Below the pieces are notes generated by a model. The model saw only the letters and a program-made list of their open reading frames with translations, did no database searches and was not told the origin of the DNA. The position numbers and the translations under genes were made by a program. DNA of 64,000 bases from Vicinamibacterales bacterium (GTDB taxonomy: Bacteria > Acidobacteriota > Vicinamibacteria > Vicinamibacterales > 2-12-FULL-66-21): positions 4,839 through 68,838 of the forward strand of contig DATAFJ010000089.1 of the NCBI GenBank assembly GCA_036257535.1. Direction: 5' to 3'. This document shows positions 8,853-17,592 of the stretch, in pieces; within the stretch, counting starts at the first letter, position 1; each line of letters starts with the position of its first letter.

Positions 8853-9719
8853 TCAAGGTAAGAGTCTCATCTGCGGGCAATCGTCGCGCGGGGCTGAAAA
8901 GCTCGCGTCGGTGATTGCCCGCACCATCATTTCCGCAATCAGCGCATAACCGGCGTCGTTCGGGTGATAGCCGTCGCTCGAATAGCGCCCTGCCTCGTAC
9001 GAGCGTGCGTCGCACATCAGATCCACCACGGCGACGCCTTCACCCACCAGCGTGTTGATCGCTTCGCGCGTGAAACGCACCGAGAGGGTCTGAAGACCCT
9101 GTCGCCGCATGGAAGAGTAGCCGGACGCGTACGGGATGCCGGCGAAGTTCGGTAGGTTCGCGGCGACGATCCGCGGCTGACCCGCGCGGGCGCGGATGCC
9201 GGCGATGAGCTCGCGATATTCGACGCCGAACTGCCGGACCTGGTCGTCGAAGTAGGCCGCCTGGTTCGCGCCTGCGGCTCCCCGCTCGAACGCTTCGCCA
9301 ACCGCGTTCACGTCGTTCGGACCCGCGAGGATCGTGACGACGTTGGAGTCGCGCGGCACGAACGGCATGGCGCCTTCGATGAAGTTGCCGACGATCGTGC
9401 GGCCGTACTGCCGGCCGAGGTTCTGGATGCGCGGGCTCAGCACGCCGGCCGGGATCCCGAGGTTCGTCACCGAGACGGTGCGCGTGGCTCGCAGCGTCCG
9501 CGCGATCGTCGGAACGTAGCCCGTACCGTTCGTGCACTCGGTGAGCGGCAGGCACGGCATGCTCGACCCGATGCCGAGCGCGTCCGAGGCGCCCACGGCT
9601 GCGTAGACGATCGGTGTGGCAGGGTCGGGAATCGGGGCTGGATCGGTAGGGGAGTCGTTACCGTCAGAGCAGGCGGCCAGCAGTGCGAGGCCGCAGGCCG
9701 CAGCCAGTCTACGGGACAC
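8853..9719 (-). CDS. SGNH/GDSL-family hydrolase lipoprotein.
   Basis: A lipobox LALLAAC is present. Block I is AAVGASDALGIGS and block V is SSDGYHPNDAGY. Confidence 0.75.
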   Translation of the reverse strand: MSRRLAAACGLALLAACSDGNDSPTDPAPIPDPATPIVYAAVGASDALGIGSSMPCLPLTECTNGTGYVPTIARTLRATRTVSVTNLGIPAGVLSPRIQNLGRQYGRTIVGNFIEGAMPFVPRDSNVVTILAGPNDVNAVGEAFERGAAGANQAAYFDDQVRQFGVEYRELIAGIRARAGQPRIVAANLPNFAGIPYASGYSSMRRQGLQTLSVRFTREAINTLVGEGVAVVDLMCDARSYEAGRYSSDGYHPNDAGYALIAEMMVRAITDASFSAPRDDCPQMRLLP

Positions 9720-10617
9720 GCAGCGTCCCTTCGCCGACGAGGACCGATCGGCCGCCGACGCGCACCCGATTGATTGCGCCGGCCGTCGTCCCGATCTCGA
9801 TGTGGATCCAGCTCGGTCGCCCCATCTTGCGCCCCTGCAGGCTGACGAGACTCCTGCCTTGCTCCGGCGTCAGCACGCCGTGATGCACGAGATAGCAGCC
9901 GAGCGGGCCGCTCGCGCCGCCGGTCGCAGGATCTTCGGTAATGCCGAACCCGCCGGCGAACATCCGGCTGTAGCACGTCGCCTCCGGAGTGCCCGCCTCC
10001 GTCGTGAAGATGAAGGTCGGCAGCTCCGGAAGCCCGTGGCGCTCGAAAAACGAGATGAGTCGCCGGCGATCCGCTTCGGCGGCATCTACCGCGCGCCGCG
10101 TGGCGAGGCGGGCGAAGAAGAACGGCACACCGCACGAGACTTCCTGCGGAGGCGGACCGTCCGCCAGGTCTGACGCCTCGACGCCGAGCGCGCCCGCCAG
10201 GGCGGCGAGGTCCGACGGCGATCGGCCGAACTGCGGCCGCTGCTGCGTCATCCACGCGAACGACAAGACAGGCCCGTCCCATTCGAGCTCCACGGGTGTC
10301 GGTCCAACTCCGAGCTCGAACACGAACTCGTCACGGCCTCGCGCAATCTTCCCGGTGTGCGCGAGCGCGAACGTGCTGCCGACGGTTGGATGTCCCGCCA
10401 TCGGCAGCTCGGAGTACGGCGTGAAGATCCGCATGCGGACGTCGCCGCGGTTCTCAGCCGGGAGGATGAAGGTCGATTCCGAGTAGTTCATCTCCCTCGC
10501 GATCGACTGCATCGTCGTCGGTTCGAGGCCGCGGCCGTCCGGGAAGACGGCGAGCTGGTTCCCTTCGAACGGCGTGTCAGTAAAAACGTCGAGATGAAGG
10601 TACTGATAGTCGCGCAT
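9709..10617 (-). CDS. PhzF-family isomerase.
   Basis: The 302-aa product begins LHLDVFTDTPFEGNQLAVF and has the two-domain DapF-like length. Confidence 0.85.
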   Translation of the reverse strand: MRDYQYLHLDVFTDTPFEGNQLAVFPDGRGLEPTTMQSIAREMNYSESTFILPAENRGDVRMRIFTPYSELPMAGHPTVGSTFALAHTGKIARGRDEFVFELGVGPTPVELEWDGPVLSFAWMTQQRPQFGRSPSDLAALAGALGVEASDLADGPPPQEVSCGVPFFFARLATRRAVDAAEADRRRLISFFERHGLPELPTFIFTTEAGTPEATCYSRMFAGGFGITEDPATGGASGPLGCYLVHHGVLTPEQGRSLVSLQGRKMGRPSWIHIEIGTTAGAINRVRVGGRSVLVGEGTLRVP

Positions 10618-10949
10618 CAGAAGAGTCGTCCCCCTATCGGCGCCTCGCGCTCGGGCACGACCAGGATGACGTTTCCGCTTCCGTCCGGCACGCCGAGCGT
10701 AAGCACTTCAGACATCATCGGTCCGATCTGCTTTGGTGGAAAGTTGACGACCGCCAGAACGAGCCGTCCGAGCAACGCGTCCTTCGTGTAGAGCGCCGTC
10801 GCCTGCGCCGACGACTTTCTTACGCCGACCTCACTGCCGAAGTCGATGAGCAGCCTGTAGGCGGGCTTGCGCGCCTCGGGAAAGTCGTCGACCTGAACGA
10901 TTCGGCCGACGCGGACGTCCACCTTGTCGAAATCAGCGTAACTGATCAC
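10617..10949 (-). CDS. csaA: tRNA-binding (EMAP/CsaA-type OB-fold) protein.
   Basis: The product contains [33 protein letters not shown] moved the start to GTG 10949, giving about 110 aa as in CsaA. The upstream ORF extension is Arg/Pro-rich noise. Confidence 0.8.
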   Translation of the reverse strand: MISYADFDKVDVRVGRIVQVDDFPEARKPAYRLLIDFGSEVGVRKSSAQATALYTKDALLGRLVLAVVNFPPKQIGPMMSEVLTLGVPDGSGNVILVVPEREAPIGGRLF

Positions 10950-10996
10950 AACTCGGATGTTATCCTGACGGCCGAGCGAGGTTCCAGGAGGCAAGG

Positions 10997-13393
10997 TTGG
11001 CAAAGCGAAGAGGGAGGAAGGCCCCGTCCTTGTTCGATCAGATGGATGGCGGCGGCGCGGGTGTGCTCGACCGGACCGGAACACCGGGTGAGGGTGATGT
11101 CGTCGCGCTTCACGAGGCGGCGCAGTCCAGGTACCTGAACTACGCCCTGTCGGTGATCACGTCGCGGGCGCTGCCCGACGTCCGTGACGGCCTCAAGCCC
11201 GTGCAACGGCGGATTCTCTACACGATGTGGCAGCAGAGCCTGACCGCCGACACGAAGCACCGCAAGTGCGCGAAGGTCGTCGGCGACGTCATGGGCAGCT
11301 ACCATCCGCACGGCGACGCCGCGATCTACGACACGCTCGTCCGCATGGCGCAGCCCTTCTCGCTGCGCAACCCGCTCATCGACGGCGCCGGCAACTTCGG
11401 ATCGCTCGACGGCGACAGCGCCGCGGCCATGCGCTATACCGAGTGCCGCCTGACGCGCCTCAGCGACGAGATGCTCCGCGAGATCGACCAGGCGACCGTC
11501 CACTTCCGCCCGAACTACGACGGAACCCGTACCGAGCCGGTCGTCCTGCCGGGTCGAATTCCAAATCTGCTCGTCAATGGCGCGACCGGGATCGCCGTCG
11601 GCATGGCGACGAGCATCCCCCCTCACAATCTGGGAGAGGTTTGCACGGCGCTCATCAAGCTGCTCGAGAACGACGAGATCGGCAACGCCCAGCTGTGCCG
11701 CTATATCAAGGGACCCGATTTTCCGACGGGCGGCCAGATCCTGAACACGCCCGAGGAGCTGAAGGAGCTGTACAAGACCGGCTCCGGCACCATTCGGCTG
11801 CGCGGCAGCTGGGACATCGGGCCGGAGGCGCGGACGACCAAGACGATCTACATCGAGAGCATCCCCTACACGACCAACAAGGCGCAGCTCGTCGAGCGGA
11901 TCGGCGAGGTCGTCCTCTCACGCAAGCTGCCGCAGGTCGTGGACGTCAAGGATCTCTCGACGGACGACGTGCGCATCGCGCTGACGCTGAAGGCGGACGC
12001 CGACGAGAAGATGGTCATGGCGTACCTCTACAAGCACACGCCGCTGCAGACGACCGTGCCGGTGAACCTGACCTGCCTCGTGCCGACCGAGAACCCCGAG
12101 GTCGGCCGGCCCGAACGGCTGGCGCTCAAGGAAATCCTCTGGCATTTCCTGCACTTCCGTCTCGACGTCGTCACGAAGCGGCTGGAGCACGAGCTTGCCG
12201 CACTGAAGAAACGCATTCACATCCTCGAGGGCTTCGAGACAGTCTTCGACGCGCTCGACGAGATCCTCCGGATCGTGCGCAAGTCGGACGGGAAGGCCGA
12301 CGCCGCGGAGCAGATCATCAAGCGCTTCCGTCTCGACGCCGAACAGACCGATGCCATCCTCGAGCTGAAGATCTATCGCCTGGCCCGCCTGGAGATCCTC
12401 GTGATCCAGCGCGAGCTGGAGGAGAAACGCAAGCGGGCGCGTCAGATCAACGCGCTGTTGAAGGACGAGGACAGCCGCTGGACGATCGTGCGGCAGGAGA
12501 TCGAAGAGATACAGCAGACTTACGGCGCGAAGAACGATCCGCGTCGCACGAAGATCGAGGCAGAAGAAGAAATTGAATTCACCGAGCAGGACTTCATCGT
12601 CGAGGAAGACAACGTCGTCATCGTGTCGCGCGACGGGTGGGTGAAACGGCAGAAGGAAGTCAAAGATCTCTCGACGACGAGGCTGCGGGAAGGGGACGCG
12701 GCGCTGGCAGTCGTCGCGGGGAGCACGCGGGCGACGGTGGTGTTCCTCACCAACTTCGGCGCGGCGTATACCTGCCGGCTGATCGACGTCCCCGCGTCAA
12801 CGGGCTACGGCGAGCCTATCCAGCGGCTGTTCAAGTTCAAGGACGGCGAGCGCGTGGTGGCGGCCGTCAGCCTCGACCCTCGCGCGACGCCCGGCATCAA
12901 GGCAAAGAAGGAAGCAGACGTGCCTCGCACGCATGCGCTGGCGGTGACGAGCGACGGCTACAGCCTGCGCTTCTCACTGGAGCCCTTCGTCGAACCGAGC
13001 ACCCGTGCAGGACGGCGGTTCGCGCGGCCGGCGCAGGGCGCAATAGTGGTTGGCGTAGAGGTGATCAAGGGCGACGAGACCATCATCGCCGCCACTCAGC
13101 AGGCGCGGGCGATGCTGTGCAAGGCGGAAGAGGTCAATTTCCTGTCGGGCCCCGGTAAGGGGGTGCTGCTCATCAAGCTGGCGAAAGGCGAGGACAGCGT
13201 TCTCGGGTTCATCGCTTCGACAGACGACAGAGACCTGATGCGGGTCGAGACGACTCGTGGAGCGGAGCAGACGATCAGCACGGCAAAGTACAGCGTCACG
13301 TCTCGCGGCGGAAAGGGGCGCGAGCTGCTGCAGCGTGGTCAGTTCACGCGCGTCGTCCCTCAGGAGCCGAAGATTCCGGAGATAACGTCATGA
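10997..13393 (+). CDS. Type IIA DNA topoisomerase subunit A (GyrA/ParC family).
   Basis: The 798-aa product carries [21 protein letters not shown] and the catalytic-Tyr block AAMRYTE. The VQRR variant and short C-terminal domain lean towards topo IV. I cannot assign this from the sequence alone. Confidence 0.9.
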   Translation: MAKRRGRKAPSLFDQMDGGGAGVLDRTGTPGEGDVVALHEAAQSRYLNYALSVITSRALPDVRDGLKPVQRRILYTMWQQSLTADTKHRKCAKVVGDVMGSYHPHGDAAIYDTLVRMAQPFSLRNPLIDGAGNFGSLDGDSAAAMRYTECRLTRLSDEMLREIDQATVHFRPNYDGTRTEPVVLPGRIPNLLVNGATGIAVGMATSIPPHNLGEVCTALIKLLENDEIGNAQLCRYIKGPDFPTGGQILNTPEELKELYKTGSGTIRLRGSWDIGPEARTTKTIYIESIPYTTNKAQLVERIGEVVLSRKLPQVVDVKDLSTDDVRIALTLKADADEKMVMAYLYKHTPLQTTVPVNLTCLVPTENPEVGRPERLALKEILWHFLHFRLDVVTKRLEHELAALKKRIHILEGFETVFDALDEILRIVRKSDGKADAAEQIIKRFRLDAEQTDAILELKIYRLARLEILVIQRELEEKRKRARQINALLKDEDSRWTIVRQEIEEIQQTYGAKNDPRRTKIEAEEEIEFTEQDFIVEEDNVVIVSRDGWVKRQKEVKDLSTTRLREGDAALAVVAGSTRATVVFLTNFGAAYTCRLIDVPASTGYGEPIQRLFKFKDGERVVAAVSLDPRATPGIKAKKEADVPRTHALAVTSDGYSLRFSLEPFVEPSTRAGRRFARPAQGAIVVGVEVIKGDETIIAATQQARAMLCKAEEVNFLSGPGKGVLLIKLAKGEDSVLGFIASTDDRDLMRVETTRGAEQTISTAKYSVTSRGGKGRELLQRGQFTRVVPQEPKIPEITS

Positions 13394-13926
13394 TGGATCT
13401 GGGAACCGCCTACATCGAAGACATCGTGGCGCAGTTTCAATTCCTGAAGAAGCTTGCCGAGAAAGCGATCGCGCGTCTGGACGACCGCGAGCTGTTTCAC
13501 GCGCTCGATGGAGAATCGAACAGCGTCGCCGTGATCATGCGGCACGTCGGCGGGAACCTGCGGTCGCGATGGACCGCTTTCCTGACGAGCGACGGCGAGA
13601 AGCCGGATCGGAACCGGGACACCGAGTTCGAGCAGCCGGCCGATCGTGCCGGCCTCATGGCGGTGTGGGAGGGCGGATGGCGAGCGCTCTTCGACAACCT
13701 CGGCTCGCTGAAGGCAGACGACCTCCTGAATACCGTCCACATCCGCGGCGAGGCACACTCGGTGGTGAAGGCGGTGAACCGTTCGCTCCAGCACACCGCG
13801 TATCACGTGGGACAGATCGTGTTTCTCGCCAAGCACCTCAAGTCGGATGCCTGGGAGTCGCTGAGCATTCCGCGCGGCCAGTCTTCGGCGTTCAACGACA
13901 AGACCGCGCGGAGATCCCCCACCTGA
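13390..13926 (+). CDS. DUF1572-like DinB-superfamily four-helix protein.
   Basis: The start overlaps the topoisomerase A stop in an ATGA. His-containing helices are visible ([24 protein letters not shown]), and the C-terminal [11 protein letters not shown] is typical of DUF1572. Confidence 0.7.
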   Translation: MMDLGTAYIEDIVAQFQFLKKLAEKAIARLDDRELFHALDGESNSVAVIMRHVGGNLRSRWTAFLTSDGEKPDRNRDTEFEQPADRAGLMAVWEGGWRALFDNLGSLKADDLLNTVHIRGEAHSVVKAVNRSLQHTAYHVGQIVFLAKHLKSDAWESLSIPRGQSSAFNDKTARRSPT

Positions 13927-13933
13927 TCGCGCG

Positions 13934-14251
13934 CTACGCGGCCACGCCCGCGTACTCGCCGTACGCGGCTTCCACCACCTCGAGGTTCTGTACGCCGCGG
14001 CGGCGCATCCACCAGCCGAGCCCGATCAGCGGGATGCCGATGATAGCCGTAATGATCAGGACGGTCATGAGAGCCCCGAGCACCATCAGATAGACTCCGA
14101 CGTATTTCGGGAACTTCGCCACGGAGACCAGGTGGGCCTTTTGCGTGTGGAGCACGTCCGGGTCCTTCGATTGGGTCGCCTTCAGATATCCGATGACGCT
14201 CTGTCTGTCCAACTTGAGGAAGGGGCTTCGCTCGATTTGCATTGTCTGCAT
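13934..14251 (-). CDS. Small membrane protein of unknown function.
   Basis: A strong SD (GGAGGTGA) lies 4-5 nt before the ATG. One long hydrophobic segment is present (VGVYLMVLGALMTVLIITAIIGIPLIGLGWW). Confidence 0.55.
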   Translation of the reverse strand: MQTMQIERSPFLKLDRQSVIGYLKATQSKDPDVLHTQKAHLVSVAKFPKYVGVYLMVLGALMTVLIITAIIGIPLIGLGWWMRRRGVQNLEVVEAAYGEYAGVAA

Positions 14252-14372
14252 CGGTCACCTCCACCCCCCCTTGCGCAAAAAAGGGGCTCCGACCGTCATG
14301 GGCTTGCCCGGGATTGCCCCGGGGCCGGGCCGGTGATAGCCTCACAAGCTCATCTATAGCTCTCAGGCAGGG

Positions 14373-14930
14373 ATGGCGAACGACGGCGAGGTCGAACGTT
14401 TCGCGGTCGAACGAAACAGCCGGCAGGCCCTGGACGACCTGTTCAGCGCGACCTACGCGGAGCTCCGCCGGCTGGCGGCCGCCGTATCGCGGATGGATCG
14501 GCACGCGACGATCAATCCGACCCTCCTGGTCAACGAGGCGTGGTTGAAGCTGGCGGGATCGCCGCCCGCCGGGTCTGTATCCCGTCTTCACTTCAAGCGG
14601 ATCGCGGCGCGTGCGATGCGGCAGGTGCTGGTCGAAGCGGCGCGCCGCCGGCGCGCACGGAAGCGCGGCGACGGTGCCCCAACCGTTGTGCTCGAGGACG
14701 TGGCGGAGCCGGCGTCCGGCGATCCGGAGCACCTGCTCGCACTCGATGCAGCACTCCACAGGCTGGAACGACTCAGCGTCCGTCAGGCGGCGATCGTCGA
14801 AAGCCGGTTCTTCGGCGGCCTCGAGACGGCCGAGACCGCCGAGTTACTCAATGTGTCGGAGGCCACGGTCCTGCGCGACTGGCGAGCGGCGAGAGCATGG
14901 CTCGCGCGCGAGCTGCGGGGGATTTCGTGA
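14373..14930 (+). CDS. ECF-type sigma-70 factor of the kinase-linked subgroup.
   Basis: The region 2-like block is LVNEAWLKL. The region 4 helix-turn-helix is ETAELLNVSEATVLRDWRAARAWL. It lies directly upstream of a Ser/Thr kinase gene. Confidence 0.85.
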   Translation: MANDGEVERFAVERNSRQALDDLFSATYAELRRLAAAVSRMDRHATINPTLLVNEAWLKLAGSPPAGSVSRLHFKRIAARAMRQVLVEAARRRRARKRGDGAPTVVLEDVAEPASGDPEHLLALDAALHRLERLSVRQAAIVESRFFGGLETAETAELLNVSEATVLRDWRAARAWLARELRGIS

Positions 14931-14937
14931 GACGCAG

Positions 14938-17592
14938 ATGGACGAGATGCGTTGGAGCCGGGTGCAGGCGCTATTCCATACCGCTCTCGATCGACCGCCG
15001 GAGGAGCGCGCCGATCTGCTTCGCGCATCCTGCGACGGCGACGAGCAGCTCGTCGCCGACGTACTCGCGCTGATCGACGCCGACGGCGCCGGCGCGCCGT
15101 GGCTCGACAAGGGCGTCGGGCAGGCCGCGGCCGGTATCTTCACCGAAATCGACGCGTCAGGGTTTCCTCAAAACGCATTTGGACTCTACCGGATCAAGCA
15201 CGTGCTCGGCGAAGGCGGGATGGGGGTCGTCTATCTCGCCGAACATTCCGGCATCGGCAGCCTCGCGGCGATTAAAATTCTGCGTGATGCGTGGCTGTCG
15301 CCGGCGCGGCGCGACCGCTTCGCGGCCGAGCAGCGCCTTCTCGCACACCTGAACCATCCGTCCATCGCGCTGCTCCACCACGCCGACACGCTCGCCGACG
15401 GAACCCCGTGGTTCGTCATGGAGTACGTCGAGGGCGTCCCGCTCACGGAGTACTGCAGAACGCACGGCACGTCGATCGAGGGACGGCTCGAGCTCTTTCG
15501 CGCCGTCTGCGAAGCGGTCCAGCACGCGCATGGCCACGCCGTCATCCACCGCGACCTCAAGCCGTCGAACATCCTCGTCAGGAACGACGGGACGGTGAAG
15601 CTGCTCGACTTCGGGATCGCCAAGCAGCTCGAGAGCGTTGACGCGACCGTGGACCAGACGAGGACGAACCTGCGTCTCATGACGCCTGCTTACGCGGCGC
15701 CCGAGCAGATTCGCGGCGAGCGCGTCGGGATCCACACGGACACCTACGCGCTCGGTGTAATCCTGTACGAGCTGCTGACGAACCGTCTTCCCTTCGACTT
15801 GTCGAACCGGACGCCGTCCGAGGCGTTGTCGATCGTCGCCGACGCGGAACCGGAGCGTCCGTCGGCCGTGGCACGCCGCGCGGCGGCCGGAGATCAGGCC
15901 ATTCCTCGAGCACGCGCCAATGGCCGAACGGCATGGGCCGATCTCGACGTGCTCTGTCTGACGGCCATGCGGAAGGATCCTCAGAGGCGCTACCAGACGG
16001 TCGAGGCGCTCATACGCGACATCAATCATTACTTCGCCGGTGAACCGCTCGAGGCGCGGCCCGACAGCCTCCGCTACCGCATGGGCAAGTTCGTCCGGCG
16101 TCACCGCTCGCCGGTGATCGCGGCGGCGGCGGCACTGACGATCGCCGTCGGCCTCGTCGTCTTCTATACCGTTCGCCTGACGACGGTTCGCAACCTGGCC
16201 GTCGCCGAGGCCGAGCGGGCGCAGCGCATCCAGCGTTTCATGCTGAGCCTGTTCGAAGGAGGCGACGCATCGGCCGGACCGTCCGAGGACTTGCGGGTTG
16301 CCACGCTGATCGATCGCGGCGTGCAGGAGGCGCGAGGTCTGTCAGCGGAGCCGGGCGTGCAGGCGGAGCTGTACGGCGCTCTCGGCGAGATCTCTCAGCG
16401 GCTCGGAAACTTCACGCAGGCGGACACGCTGCTCCAGACCGCGCTCGACCAGCGCCGCGTCCTCTACGGCGGGGATCATCCCGACGTCGCCGCAAGTCTC
16501 GTCGCGCTCGGCCTGCTGCGCGCCGACCAGGCCAAATACGACGATGCCGAACGGCTCGCGCGGAGCGGCCTCGAGCAGGCGAAGCGTCTCTTGCCGCCCG
16601 ATCATCCCGAGGTCGCGGCGGCGACGGCCGCCGTCGGCCATGTGCTGGTGGAGCGCGGCACGTACGCACAGGCGACCGTTGTGCTCGACGAAGCCGTGCG
16701 CCTCTACTCGGCTCGGCAATCGACCTCACCGGAGCTGGCCGACGCTCTTTACGAGCTGTCGAACGCACACTTCTATCAGGGGCACTGGGCCGACGCCGAA
16801 TCGCTCACGAAGCGCGTGCTCGCGATGCACCAGACGATCTACGGTGCGCGGCATCCGCACGTCGCAGACGACCTCGTCAACCTCGGGGCGATTCAGCACG
16901 AGCAGGGACGGTACAAGGAAGCGGAGCGCTACTATCGCGACGCGCTGACGATCATTCGCTCCTGGTTCGGCCCCGATCACCATCGGACCGGATCGAGCCT
17001 CACGATGCTCGGCCGAAACCTGGTCAGGCAACAGCGGTTCGACGAGGCGGACGCTCTTCTCGAACAGGCTCTCGCGATCCAGGAGCGGGTCTTCGGTCCG
17101 GACCACCCGCGTGTGGCGTCAGCCGTCAACGATCTGGGGGCCGTCGCGCTGCAACGAGATGCGTTCGACGACGCAGAAGCGGCGTTCAGGCGGATGGCGG
17201 GTATCTACCGTAAGACGTACCCGAAAGGCCACTACCTCGTGGGGATCGCCGTGTCGAACCTGGCGAGCGTGTATCTGGCACGTAAGGAGTACGCGGAGGC
17301 GGAACGGCTGTTTCGCGACGCGATCAAGATCTATCGCGAGACGCTTTCCGACGAACATCTGAACACCGGCATCGCCAGGGTCAAGCTCGGACGGTCGCTC
17401 CTTCGTCAGGGCCGCCACGCCGAGGCGGAGACGGAGCTGGCTGGAGGCTACGAAATCCTGAAGAAGCAGACGGCCTCGTCGGTGAGCTGGCAGGTCTCGG
17501 CGAGGGAAGATCTAGTGGCCGTCTACGACGCGCTGAGGCAGCCGGACAAAGCCGCCGGGATGCGCGCCGAGATCGCGGCCGTCCCCCGCTGA
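14938..17592 (+). CDS. Ser/Thr protein kinase with a TM segment and a C-terminal TPR array.
   Basis: Kinase motifs HRDLKPSNIL, DFGIAK and PAYAAPE are present, along with the TM helix VIAAAAALTIAVGLVVFY and repeated TPR-like units. I set the start at ATG 14938. Confidence 0.9.
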   Translation: MDEMRWSRVQALFHTALDRPPEERADLLRASCDGDEQLVADVLALIDADGAGAPWLDKGVGQAAAGIFTEIDASGFPQNAFGLYRIKHVLGEGGMGVVYLAEHSGIGSLAAIKILRDAWLSPARRDRFAAEQRLLAHLNHPSIALLHHADTLADGTPWFVMEYVEGVPLTEYCRTHGTSIEGRLELFRAVCEAVQHAHGHAVIHRDLKPSNILVRNDGTVKLLDFGIAKQLESVDATVDQTRTNLRLMTPAYAAPEQIRGERVGIHTDTYALGVILYELLTNRLPFDLSNRTPSEALSIVADAEPERPSAVARRAAAGDQAIPRARANGRTAWADLDVLCLTAMRKDPQRRYQTVEALIRDINHYFAGEPLEARPDSLRYRMGKFVRRHRSPVIAAAAALTIAVGLVVFYTVRLTTVRNLAVAEAERAQRIQRFMLSLFEGGDASAGPSEDLRVATLIDRGVQEARGLSAEPGVQAELYGALGEISQRLGNFTQADTLLQTALDQRRVLYGGDHPDVAASLVALGLLRADQAKYDDAERLARSGLEQAKRLLPPDHPEVAAATAAVGHVLVERGTYAQATVVLDEAVRLYSARQSTSPELADALYELSNAHFYQGHWADAESLTKRVLAMHQTIYGARHPHVADDLVNLGAIQHEQGRYKEAERYYRDALTIIRSWFGPDHHRTGSSLTMLGRNLVRQQRFDEADALLEQALAIQERVFGPDHPRVASAVNDLGAVALQRDAFDDAEAAFRRMAGIYRKTYPKGHYLVGIAVSNLASVYLARKEYAEAERLFRDAIKIYRETLSDEHLNTGIARVKLGRSLLRQGRHAEAETELAGGYEILKKQTASSVSWQVSAREDLVAVYDALRQPDKAAGMRAEIAAVPR

